Shown here piece by piece: positions 12,510 to 24,026 of a stretch of DNA of 64,000 nucleotides. Where the stretch lies: assembly GCA_025603075.1 (NCBI GenBank), contig MU626338.1, forward strand, positions 1 to 64,000, given 5' to 3'. Positions within the stretch are counted from its first letter, which is position 1. The number at the start of each line of letters is the position of its first letter. The position numbers were made by a program, and so were the translations under genes. This DNA is from Neoconidiobolus thromboides FSU 785. Lineage: Eukaryota; Fungi; Entomophthoromycota. The notes under the pieces were generated by a model. It saw nothing but the letters and a program-made list of their open reading frames with translations, searched no databases and was not told where the DNA came from.

Positions 12510-13699
12510 ATGCCAGCTCCACCACCACCACCACCACCACCAACGGGTATGCCAGGACCACCACCTCCCCCAATTTTTGGAGGAGGGAAACCAGCTGCTT
12601 CAGGTGGGGATAGAGGCGACCTCTTAAAATCGATTCATAAAGGTGCCAAATTAAAAAAAGTGGTAACTAATGACCGTTCAGCGCCAATAATAGACAGTAG
12701 GTATTTAGTGGCTTTTTTGAATTTAACTAAAGATTAATATAGGTAAAAGTAAAGCCCCTAGTGCTAGTGCAAACAACAATGCACCTTCCAGTACTGGATT
12801 TTCTCCACCATCACCAGCTCCAGGGCTTGGAGGATTGTTTGCTGGGGGTATTCCAAAATTAAAAAGTAGAGGCAATGCATCTACTGGAAAAGTGGAACCA
12901 GGTAACTATTTTTATAAAAAATAATCGTTTAACTTATTGTTCCAGTTACTTCCCCAGAAGTACGCTCTTCAGTTATAACTAATACACAAAGTTGGAAACA
13001 ACCTACCAATTCTAATGTAACAGCAAGCACTAACAAAGCATCTTTTGTACCACAAAAACCGCCTTCAAATTTCGCTGCGCCACCTCCGCCACCAAACTTT
13101 CGTCCACCAACAGCTCCAAATAATAAAATACCTCCGCCACCACCAGTTAATAATTTGCCTGCTCGCCCAGCTCTCCCTCCAATGAATAGTTTACCCGCTC
13201 GCCCAGCAGCCCCACCAAGCAACTTACCACCACCTCCAGTAAGAAGTATACCGCCACCACCAAGGCCCTCTTTTTCGCCACCTCCACCAATTCCTAGTAA
13301 TGTAAACAGCAATCCAAACGGAAGTTTAAGAAAAGTTCCTCCTCCTCCTCCAAGCAATACTAACAACCGTGCGCCCCCTGAACCACCAAGGGGACGTGTA
13401 CCACCACCACCTATACCAAGCTCAAATGGTACCAACGGAATAAGCCAATCACTTCGACAAGCTCCAAAAGCTTTAAATCAAGAAAATTTAGGTAAAAAAC
13501 AATTTCAAACAATTAATGGACCACCAAGTGCAAATCAATCTGGTGCTAGGTTTACATCGCGTAAGTTTTAAAATTTTTTTATATCAATTTGTATTAATAG
13601 TTTGCTTTAGCTTCTCACCCAAGTACCAGGGAAGGTAAATGGACATTCAAATCTCATACTGAATTTCCAGAACCGAAACCAGTGTCGTACTATCGTTGA
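12510..13699 (+). CDS. VRP1: Verprolin/WIP-like actin regulator (four exons)
   Basis: Polyproline start, WH2 domain (RGDLLKSIHKGAKLKKVVTNDRSAP), GLGGLFAGGIPKLK motif, proline-rich body, and C-terminal KWTFKSHTEFPEP WASP-binding-like motif. Confidence 0.9.
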
Positions 13700-14074
13700 T
13701 TGAAGAATGAGTGCTTATAAAGGATAGTTTATTTTGAGAAAGAAAAAGAGAAAGAGTTGGTTCTAGATTATTAATTGAAAAAGAGTCATTCAGCTTGTAA
13801 ATAAGTGATTGTGATTAAGTAAAAAACATTATTGATTAATAAGATGGCTTTGAAGTAATTACACACTTTTTTTATTATTGTTTAATTTGTTAATGCTCAT
13901 TTCTATTTATTTTCAAGTTTTGTTGCTGTGGATTTTTTAGATATTGTTTAATTATAATGTAATATATAGCTATGTTAGTAAAAAAGAATGTTTATTGAAA
14001 TTTTCAATGATTTACTAATCATTTTAAATAAAATAAAAAAATTCGACAGCCATAAAGGTATCAAAGTAATTTAT

Positions 14075-14731
14075 TTAAAGTTCAAAAAAAGCTTTTAATT
14101 TATCATCATCAGCACACTCTTCTTCAATAAGTCTTTTTCCTGGTCCATGCTAAAAAAGAGAATATTAATATAACCTTCTACATAATCAATCTGATAAAAA
14201 ACTATTACCTGAGTCCATTCAATTAAAGTAGGAATAGCTTTTAAATTAACTTCAGTATGAATTTTATAATGATGTTTTGCATTTCCTTTATAACTATAAA
14301 AATGAAGTTAGAAAAAACATATCAGGGATGTTTTCTAGAACTATTAAACTCAAATGAAAACTTACCTATTACGATCACCTACTGGACATTCTAATAAAAT
14401 ACAGTTTTCTACTTGGTTGGCGTATTTACGAATTTTTGGGTCCGCTATTATATAAGACAAAGTTTTGATTGGTCAATATAGTTTGATTATGTTTATTTAA
14501 ATTACCTATTACACAATCTGGACACCATGATTCATCAGTTTCGGATAATTCAGTACCTAAAATGGAAGAGGATTAATACTTGATCTAATCCCTGTCTTTT
14601 TAATAGAAGGAAGATTTAGTTCCTTACTTACCGAAAAAAAGAGTAAATAATTTGGTATAATTTTCTTCACTCAAAATTTGATTTAAGGTATTATCAAAAT
14701 CGACGATATTATTAATACGAATGGCTTTCAT
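14075..14731 (-). CDS. TXNDC17: Thioredoxin-domain protein TXNDC17/TRP14 (DUF953), five exons
   Basis: Spliced: MKAIRINNIVDFD..LFTLFFGTELSETDESWCPDCVIADPKIR..CPVGDRNSYKGNAKHHYKIHTEVNLKAIPTLIEW..RLIEEECADDDKLKAFF; WCPDC active site. Confidence 0.88.
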
Positions 14732-15041
14732 ATTCAAAAAAGATAAAGTTGGCAGACTAAAATTTTAGGTTTTTTAATTTATTCGTTTGCAAATCCGAAA
14801 ATTTAGAACTTGGTTTTTGAAGTGAGGATTATTTGGTGAAACTTTTTGGATTTATAATTAGTATTATTTTGACATTATTAATGGTACTATTTCATTATTG
14901 TTGAGTAATTAGTATTCCAGTAATTATTGTATCATAATCGAAATGATTATTATTTTATAATACTGGGCTTTAAAAATAGTTGAATTATATGCAAATAATT
15001 GTTTTCTTAAAAGCTACTCCTTCTGTTTTCATAAAGCATAT

Positions 15042-15140
15042 GGGGATGTCTTTTTTGGCTTCATTACTTTTTTCATCTTTTAAGCGCTATTTAAGCGGAA
15101 GATTTGTTAGTAAAATTCTTAAACACAAAAATGCATCTCC
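15042..15140 (+). mobile_element. MITE copy A (about 99 bp)
   Basis: GGGGATGTCTTTTT ... AAAAATGCATCTCC; interior nearly identical to copy B (aagcgctatttaagcggaa..tttgttagtaaaattcttaaacacaaaaat); left flank ATAT, right flank AAGT. Confidence 0.8.
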
Positions 15141-16136
15141 AAGTTATAAAGCTTATTTCATAGGTAGTTTAAAAGCTGTTTATGGTATAAAATTGCTTTA
15201 ATAAAATAACTTGTTAAAATGACTAGTTTTTTGTTAGAAAATTAGTTTCAATTTTTTAAGAAATATTAATGATTTTGTTTAATTTTGCCAGACTTTATTT
15301 TGAATTTAATATTACTTTGTTTAAAGTTTAACTTTAAGCAAACTGTATTGTTGTAAAAATGCTATAGCCACTTAAATTTTGATTTTGATTTTATGTTCTA
15401 TAAAAACGCACAAATCATAAAAATTTATAAAGTTTAAAAACAAGTGAAAACAGAAAAGCTATCCATGCTATATTGATAATATACATAGCTGTTATTTTTG
15501 AAAAGTATAATTTATAATTTTATTTTAATACATACGAAATTGAATTATTTTTTAATTATTAATGAAGAACTATATCAATTTAAATTAGTTGCTATTTACT
15601 TTATAAGTAATAAAATAAAAAGCTAAATGCAGACATTAATGACAATAAATGATAAGATAATGATAAAATAGTAACATTATATAGCTACACATAAAGAACA
15701 TACATATGATTATGTGTTATCAGAAATAAAAGATGAATTTTGACTGAGAATAATTATATAAAGTCCAGGCTTAAGTTTTAATACCATTTATAATACTATT
15801 ATAATATAATATTAATAACAGGATCCTGCACTAAACTTCACTAACTTTGATAATTGATGTTATATTAATTTTATTAATTATCAATCCTACCAATGTTGAT
15901 TTATAATCTAATTAAATTGTATAACAAATAATTAATTGCTATTCTACTAACAAAATAACATGACAAATAAATTGGTATAAATTAATTCATGTATTTTAAC
16001 TCCTTAGAAATCCAAAACAGGATAATGTCCAAATAAGGCAATCATCAAGCCTTAATCACCAACCATAACAAATGACATCAACTTAAAAATTGATAATATA
16101 AAACATAAGGTTTCGTCATCGAATTGAATATTTATA

Positions 16137-17430
16137 ATGAGTTTCAAAGGAATATTTCAACTTCGAATCCTACCAATAAGTATAAATAGAGCCTTATTAA
16201 CTAAATCGGGGACTAATTTCTATCAACACCAACTTTGGAATTTAAAAACAATGACTACTGAATACGAAAAGAAAAAATTTGCCAGTAAATCTGGCGAATT
16301 TGTACGCCAAGTTTCTAGCTTTCGTAATTTTATTGAAGCTAACCCAGATGCCCAATTTCCAGCTGAAAAGTAAGTTTATATTTTCAAATTTATAATTTCA
16401 ACTTTTGACCCTTTTATTTTAGAGACCGTTACCACCTTTATGTTTCTCATGCCTGCCCATGGGTAAGCTTCTATTTTTGTTTAACTAAGCTAATGAATGT
16501 TTATAATTATGATTAGGCACATCGTACTATGATTGTACGTGGATTAAAGGGATTAGAAGATATTATTACTGTATCTGTAGTAGATTATTATATGGATAAG
16601 AAAGGATGGAAATTCAGTACTCCAGAAGAAACTCCAGGGTCTATACCAGATCCTATCTATGATGCTAAACGTATTTCAGAAATATATTTAAAGGCTAATC
16701 CAGAATATAAAGGTAATAGTTGAATATTATTATTATTTGATAAATTAAATAATATTGATAAATAATATAATAGATCGCTATACCGTTCCAGTTTTGTTTG
16801 ACAAAAAACAAAAGACTATTGTCAATAATGAAAGTTCCGAAATTATTCGTATGTTAAATACTGCCTTTGATGGTTTATTACCAAAGGAGAAACAAGGACT
16901 TAATTATTACCCAGAAAATTTACAAAAAGAAATTGATCAAATTAATGAAATTGTATACGATAAGGTAAATAATGGTGTATATAAATCTGGTTTTGCGACT
17001 ACTCAAGAAACCTATGAAAAAAATGTAGTTCGTGTATTCGAAGGCTTAGATTATGTTGAAAACATATTAAGCAAGCAAAAATATTTAGTTCAAAATCAAT
17101 TAACTGAAGCAGATATAAGATTATTTACTACCGTGTTAAGGTTTGATCCAGTTTATCATGGTCATTTTAAATGCAATTTGAAATGTATTAAGTATGATTA
17201 TCCTAATATCTTAAATTGGGCTCGTCGTATTTATCAATTGAAAGGTGTTGCTGAAACGGTTAATATGGAACATATTAAAAGACATTATTATATGTCTCAT
17301 GTAGATTATAATCCTACTCAAGTTGTACCACTTTATAATGGCCCAGGTAGTATTATCTTGATTATTATTTATATTTTAGCTTATTAGTATTTTTTATTTA
17401 GATCTTTCTTCACCTAAAATAGAAGCTTAA
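16137..17430 (+). CDS. ECM4: Omega-class glutathione transferase / glutathionyl-hydroquinone reductase (ECM4/GTO family)
   Basis: [108 protein letters not shown]. Confidence 0.95.
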
Positions 17431-17653
17431 TTAGAAATGTATCTATATCTATCCTTTTCTAATCCTTTAGCTTTTTTTATGAATAAAGTATTTCCAAAAA
17501 TAACATCTAATATCATTACAATTTTATAAAATTTTATTTTAAATACAATAAAATAAAATGAAGATCGATATAATAAAGTTCAATTATTATTTACAAGTGA
17601 ATATGAAAGAAGAGAAAAAAGAGATTATACCAATAGAGAGAACCAAATAAAAA

Positions 17654-18542
17654 TTAACGTCTAGTATTGATTTTAAAAGTATAATAGCAGACAAAAGAAA
17701 CAAAGGTAGTGATCAATATTGAAGAATAAAAAAAAGTATTATTAAAACTTTCTTTTCCTGCTCCTTTTCCTTCTCCTTTTCCTTCCTCCTCTTTTTTTGA
17801 TACTCCTTTCATCGCCTCTTCTTTCTTTTCCTCAGTTCTCCTTAATTGCTCTTTCAATTTCTTAACATCACTTTTAAGTCCAATTGTCTCAGATACCATA
17901 AATTGTTTTAATAAAGAAAGTTCCACATTAGGTAAAGAAAAAGGTTTTGGAGGCAACAAATTGATAGTATGAAATTTTTGTTTTGAAAAAGAGTTCTGTT
18001 TCTTCAATCCTTCTTGTATGAAACTACCTCTTTTATGCCCCAATGTCAATTGCTTTGGATTTGATTTGGATTTCTGAGTTTGATATGTGAGTTTGGTGTT
18101 GAGTGCTTTTTCTTCTTTGATGACTTTAGCTAATAATAGTAAAGTTAATCAATTTAAATCCTAACATAAAAAAGAAAAATGATCAAAAACAATCAAATTT
18201 ACCTATCACATTCAATTCTTCAATCCCTAGTGCTAAATGATAACACCATAATCTATTAAACCCTAGTGTCATCAATTTATCTTCATCCAATTGTAATAAT
18301 TTTTTACCATTAATTTCTTTGTTAATAATAAATGATTTTATATCATTAATCAAGAACTTTGGTAAATTTAATATAGCTACTATAAAGGAAGTTACTTGGG
18401 TATAGTTCCATAGACCTATTTCTTCGGGTAATGTGTCAAGAATGTCAGTTAATTCAGTATTGTTAGAAGTGGCATTATGATTCAAATCTTTTAAACTTGG
18501 AATGGGTAAGGGGGGTGAAGTATACGGTGAATGGGCCATCAT
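17654..18542 (-). CDS. SAM-like domain protein with coiled coil and C-terminal transmembrane anchor (two exons)
   Basis: W....V..FI...L.LP......IKSFIINKEINGKKLLQLDEDKLMTLGF is a SAM-like pattern. One intron joins it to ORF 17654-18049, which ends in hydrophobic FFYSSILITTFVSFVCYYTF followed by KINTRR. Confidence 0.65.
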
Positions 18543-19161
18543 TTTATTTAATCTTGTTCCTTTTGTTTGAAATATAACAAAATTTGCAAATTATTTTTAA
18601 ATTAAATTAAATAAAGGATCAATTCTTTTTCTTTTTCTTTTTCTGTTGTAAGAAATTGTGAAGAAAATTTTGTTTTAAAAAAATCAAACGCAAGTCTTAA
18701 GGTTCAAATCTTATTGGCTAGAACTAATAAAGTCAATTAAAGGTGGCTTATCTTTACTGTCTTTTAAAATTGACCGATTTAGTCTATTTAATAATCCTCC
18801 GTTTAAATTGTTAATAATACTATAACAATCTTATAATTTATATAGTTAGAATCGTAATTTATAAGTTTATTCAAAAATCAAACACATATCCTACATTCCT
18901 ATAAAATAAATACTCTACTAACACTTTCTCCAACTCCAAATTAATGCCCAAATTAGCCATTTAAATTGGTTCCAAAATTAATATGTGACAGACTGAAGTC
19001 CTTTGTTAACGTATGGGTTTCTTAATAATTGATCGTTTATTAATCAGCTTAAATTTCAAATAAAAATATCCTCATTTAAACAAATAAAGTTTGTCATTAC
19101 AAAAAAGTAATTTATGACATTTTCAACTTTTATTTCATTATAATAAACCAAAATCAATAAA

Positions 19162-20675
19162 ATGAAACGTACCAAGCTAAAACCTATTAAAAGGAACCTT
19201 AACCAACTCACCAATCCAACAAAATCTATATTCTATTATGCTTGTTTCTCTCGAGTGTTAACTCTCTTTATAGCTTTTACTGCCCATTTATTTATTAATG
19301 AATATGACAATTCTAGTTCAATAATGGTTCATAATACCTTACGTTCATTACTCCGTTTTGATGCTGTTCATTTCCTTAATATAACATCTCATCAACTTTA
19401 TCCTATTGAAAATGAATTAGCTTTTTTCCCGCTGTTACCCATGATTACCATTGTGTTAAGTAAGTTGTTAGGTATGTTTATTAAATTAGAGAAATTAGAA
19501 TTGCTGTTTCTATCAGGGGTGGTAGTGAGTAATGTATGTTTTTTAATGGCGGCAGTAGTATTGTTTAAGTTAATGAGGAAATTACTGAATGATGATGTTA
19601 TTGCTTTCAATACTGCCATACTATTTTGTTTTACTCCAAGTCCCGGGTTTATGAGTTCAATGTAACTATTTAACTATAATAACTTGCAATTCGTATTTAA
19701 TTAAATTAAGGTATACCGAGTCGTTATTTTCATTATTATCCTTTGGTGGTATTTACTATTATATTAATAATGAACTATGGTTAGCCACTATACTCTGGTC
19801 ATTATCTACATTTACTCGATCTAATGGTTTATTATTTATGGGTTATATTATTTATAGCTATTTTTTTATTGATGAATGGAAACAATTAAGTTCAATAGTA
19901 AGTTTATATATTATAATTTACTTATTAAGTTAACTGTTTTATAGGGTGTGATAATTAGATTAGTTAAATTAAGCACGCAATTATTATCTATAGCATTAGG
20001 ATATCTAATATTTCAATATTATGCTTATCAAGAATATTGTAGTATTGATTCACCATTATCCCCTTGGTGTTATTATAAAGTACCGATAAACTACTCTTAT
20101 CTACAGAAACATTATTGGTAAATTCACTAGTAACTATCAAATATTTTATTATAAACTAATCTATAACTTTATTTATTTGTGTCTTAGGAATAATGGATTT
20201 TTAAAGTATTATGAATGGAAACAATTACCTAATTTTTTGTTAGCTATGCCATTCATTTTAATTTCTATCTATGGTATTTGGGAGTATATAAAGGTTAATA
20301 AGATAAGATTTTTTAGTTTAGGATTATTTAAACAAAATTCAGAAACAACAAAAATAGGAAGTAATAACAATACTAATTATTATCATTAAGCTTATTTACT
20401 AACTTTCATACATAGACAACCATCCTTATTTACACAATGATCAATTATTACCTCATCTTTATTTGTGGAGCTTTATGCTAATTTATTGTATATTTTTTAT
20501 GCATATTCAAGTTATTATTAGATTTTTTACTTCAGTACCTTTATTTTATGGGTTCATTGCATATAAGATATCTAATAACGACAACTTAATATTTAAAACG
20601 ATAATTATTTATTATTGGTGTTTTTATAGTATTATATCCACTATTCTTTTTGCTACTTTTTTTCCACCAGCGTAA
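19162..20675 (+). CDS. GPI18: GPI mannosyltransferase II (GPI18/PIG-V)
   Basis: [116 protein letters not shown]. Confidence 0.93.
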
Positions 20676-20764
20676 TAAAGGATTATAATTAGGATTATGA
20701 ATCTTATCTTGGATATAAATTGAATCCATTATCAAAATAAAAAGTGTATGTGTTATTTTCTCTT

Positions 20765-21917
20765 TTATTTATTCAAATAAAATCCTAACCTATATAAAGC
20801 CGTATATAACTCCAAACTATTTTCTGATAATTTTATCCCTAATCTCAACATCGACCCTACTTTTTTATCTTTTATAATTGAACTTGGTAAAATATCACTT
20901 ATCATATGATTTAATACGTTTGTTGTTAACATACCATTTAGCATAAATTCAGGTTGATTATTATTGTATTGTATACCTATTGTTGGCAAAGTGTATTTTT
21001 TTGGATAAACTATTTTTAGTAAATCTTGTTTATCTTCACTGTTAGCTAGTATTTTTAATGTTATATAAAAATTAACCGATTTCTTAGTTTGATCCTTGTC
21101 TTCTTTGATCTCAACAATATCTTCTCTTTCGATATTTTTGAATAACCTCAGTATTTCTAAATTAAACAAATAGTATACATGATACGTTAAATCCTTCCTA
21201 ATCATTATTCCTTTTTCTAATGTTCTATAAAACTCTAAACAAAGATCATCAGTAACCATTTTTCATCACTTAAAAGACCTTTCTCACTCCTTCTATATTC
21301 AAACTTACTTTCTTTTAAAAACAGATCAATGATCCTACTTGAACAAGTTAACCAAATGCCTTTACTTCCTCTATTACTTTCATAAATACCATCAGGAGTT
21401 AGCCAGATGTTATCAGTACTGGGATCTCGAACTTTTATGAAGCGAAGTAAAAAAGCTAAATACAGATGAGACTATCATTGACTGGGATTTTGATGAAATT
21501 ATATTTCAACTTACCACTAGGAAGCACTGAATTTGTATATACACACAATTTGATTTTGGTTGCTAATAAGTTCGCTAGGATAATAAAATATTAAATGAAT
21601 CAAATAAAGTGAAAATATTGTGATTGAGCTTACCATAGATAAAAGACTCCGGTTTTAAACTTTTTATAGTATTAAAACTATTTTTTGGATAAAATGATTT
21701 AGTTGAGGTTTTGAGGGGATGTAAATATTTCATAAGTGTTACTGTATTTTTTAAGTTAAAAGAAAAACAGTGTTGAATTTCCAAATAACAAAATCAGTCT
21801 AATTCAATAAATAAAATCAATAACCAAAGTATATCAAAGAATTCAAAAAAGCTTATTCAAAAGTTACATTCTTTTGTATTTTATTATATAATTCTTTTTA
21901 TAATCAACTATTAACAT
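20765..21917 (-). CDS. Hypothetical multi-exon protein; 5' structure uncertain; faint resemblance to kinetochore CENP-L
   Basis: Several minus-strand exons with GTAAG donors lead into ORF 20765-21259. The CENP-L likeness of the C-terminus (GIKLSENSLELYTALYRLGFYL) is weak inference. Confidence 0.45.
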
Positions 21918-21983
21918 GATTAAAACAAACCTAAAGATATATAAATTTATCGATTATTATTTTATTTTTTTGTCTTTCATTAC

Positions 21984-22054
21984 GCAATGTTGGTTTAGTG
22001 GTAAAATTGCCGCCTGCCACGCGGCAGCCCCGGGTTCGATTCCCGGACATTGCA
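21984..22054 (+). tRNA. tRNA-Gly (GCC)
   Basis: Acceptor stem GCAATGT/ACATTGC+A; anticodon arm GCCGC-CTGCCAC-GCGGC; T arm CCGGG-TTCGATT-CCCGG; D loop AGTGGTA. Confidence 0.96.
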
Positions 22055-22103
22055 TCTATAAAGAACTTTAACCAGTTTTATAAAACACAAGTGAACCTTT
22101 GAT

Positions 22104-22166
22104 TCCATTTTTTTAAGCGTTATTTAGTGGAAAGATTTTAGTAAAATTCTTGAAAAATGCATCCTG
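22104..22166 (+). mobile_element. MITE fragment E (right two-thirds)
   Basis: ccattttttaagcgttatttagtggaaagattttagtaaaattcttgaaaaatgcatcctg followed by ATAT; aligns with copies A and B. Confidence 0.7.
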
Positions 22167-22370
22167 ATATATTTAGCTGCTGATCCGCTTTTAGTTAAAC
22201 TAATCCTATTTCTACTTCTTTCAAACCACATTCCTTTTTACCTTCTAATACTTAGGAGTGTACTTTTTCAAATTGGAAATGCATTGACGCTTCTTGCTCA
22301 CTCCCAATCCAATTAAACCTACCTTCCTTTCAAGATGAACTTAACCCCAGAAAGAACTAAAATATTGATA

Positions 22371-22442
22371 AGGCTCAACCGGGAATTGAACCCGGGACCT
22401 CTGCTACCCGAAAGCAGAATCCTACGACTAGACCATTGAGCC
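22371..22442 (-). tRNA. tRNA-Pro (CGG)
   Basis: Reverse complement GGCTCAA TG GTCT AGTCGT AGGAT T CTGCT TTCGGGT AGCAG A GGTC CCGGG TTCAATT CCCGG TTGAGCC T; a TTTT terminator follows shortly. Confidence 0.92.
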
Positions 22443-22741
22443 GATTGTTCTAAGCGATAATTTTTTAAGAAAATATATAAATCTTTTGAGATTTGATAGG
22501 AGTAATAACAGCATCAGTGAAGAAGTTTTAGCTACTTTATAGTAGTGTTTTTAATTGAAGGCTTATTGGACTTATTAGATTTATAAATAACAAATTAGAT
22601 CCGTATATGTGTATTGTTTTTTGTGTTATTTTTATATTGAAATTATATTTGAGTTTATTTAGATCAAAATACGCTTTAAAATTATTATTAGTTTACTATT
22701 TTTTAAACTTATAGCTCAATATAAATAATAGTTGTCATTCA

Positions 22742-22774
22742 TAGTAAAATTCTTAAATAAAAAAATACATCCCC
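22742..22774 (+). mobile_element. MITE fragment C (right terminus only)
   Basis: tagtaaaattcttaaataaaaaaatacatcccc followed by ATAT. Confidence 0.7.
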
Positions 22775-22782
22775 ATATATTA

Positions 22783-22871
22783 TTGAAGTTAGTTTAATTT
22801 AATATTCTAACAATCTTTCCACTCAAATAGCGCTTAGAAACCGGAAAAATAATGAAATCAAAAACATCCCC
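22783..22871 (-). mobile_element. MITE copy D (inverted; one terminus decayed)
   Basis: Reverse complement reads ggggatgtttttgatttcattatttttccggtttctaagcgctatttgagtggaaagattgttag. Confidence 0.72.
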
Positions 22872-23075
22872 ATCTTTTTAGAATTTATGATAAAAATACC
22901 TCAAAGCAAATAAATACTTGCCATTAATATAATAATGACTTCTAACTTTAAAACAATCCTATATAGTAAAATAAGTAATAGAATGGTTATTTAATACTTT
23001 GAGTTAGTATACTTCAGCTAATAGTTATATATCTAAATAATCATTTAAAAAGCAACATTTTAATAGAAATTAAAA

Positions 23076-23112
23076 TTTTAACTTTTAACTTTTAACTTTT
23101 AACTTTTAACTT
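23076..23112. repeat. (TTTTAAC)n heptamer microsatellite, about 5 units
   Basis: Direct reading: ttttaacttttaacttttaacttttaacttttaactt. Confidence 0.9.
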
Positions 23113-24026
23113 ATTGAAATGCTGCTAGTTAGCTAATAACAATCAGTTATTATATTTCAAAATTCTACTTTTAGTCAAGTTTCATTAATATAATTATAAC
23201 TAATTGGCATAAATTTATATGTAGATATGGGATTTTACAAGAAAACTATACTTTAAAAATCTAGATTTTTAGGGATGGTGGATTGGCTTTTATTTAAAAT
23301 ACTCACCTACTAATAAATAATTCTTTGTTAAACCCTAATATTAACCAAATTTAGTAAATGAGCTATTAAATATAATTTATTTTGTAAAAAATAGGTAGGT
23401 AATGAAGAATGTTAATTAATTATAATAAAATTGTAATATTAAAAACAGATTTTCTATTGTTTTATTAAAAAAATATTACGATATTTTTAAAATCATAAGT
23501 CAAAACATGGCTTTCAAACAACAAACTTTATTTCTCAAGCCTTAATATTAAAAAGGTTAGAATCTAGTTAATAAATGATAAAAAATCCCATCGCTTACAG
23601 CTATAATAAACCTTTTAATATAAAAAAGAGTTATAACTGACATAAGACTTATGAAATAAAGATAAAATAAATTTCCATTAACTAAAAGTAGTCAAAAAAG
23701 AACTCAATTTATTAACTGCATGCAAAATAATAAGTTTTATTCTAACGCCTGAAACTAAAAGGTACAAGTTAAAATTAAGCTTAATTCAACTTCAATTTCA
23801 AGGTGTGAAATATCACGTTTTAAGATATAAATGTAAATAATAACAATAAGTGAAGATAAAGGTACAAGCCCCCTAACTAAAAAATGGTAACAATAAAATA
23901 AGTTGAGGTATAATAGAATAAGAAAGGTATATAAATAAATTCTATCCCAATCTTTACTTTCAACAATATTTTTAAAAAAAATTACACAATATATACTAAT
24001 ATTTATTATTCGATTTATAATTTAAA

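Noticed and set aside
12929-13435. Gly-rich minus-strand ORF of 168 aa
   Set aside because: Antisense reading of verprolin's CCA/CCT proline codons.
14980-15201. ORF of 73 aa in the track
   Set aside because: It runs straight through MITE copy A, begins at TTG, and has no coding features.
23076-23112. Interstitial telomere repeat
   Set aside because: TTTTAAC does not resemble TTAGGG-type repeats; it is a simple microsatellite.
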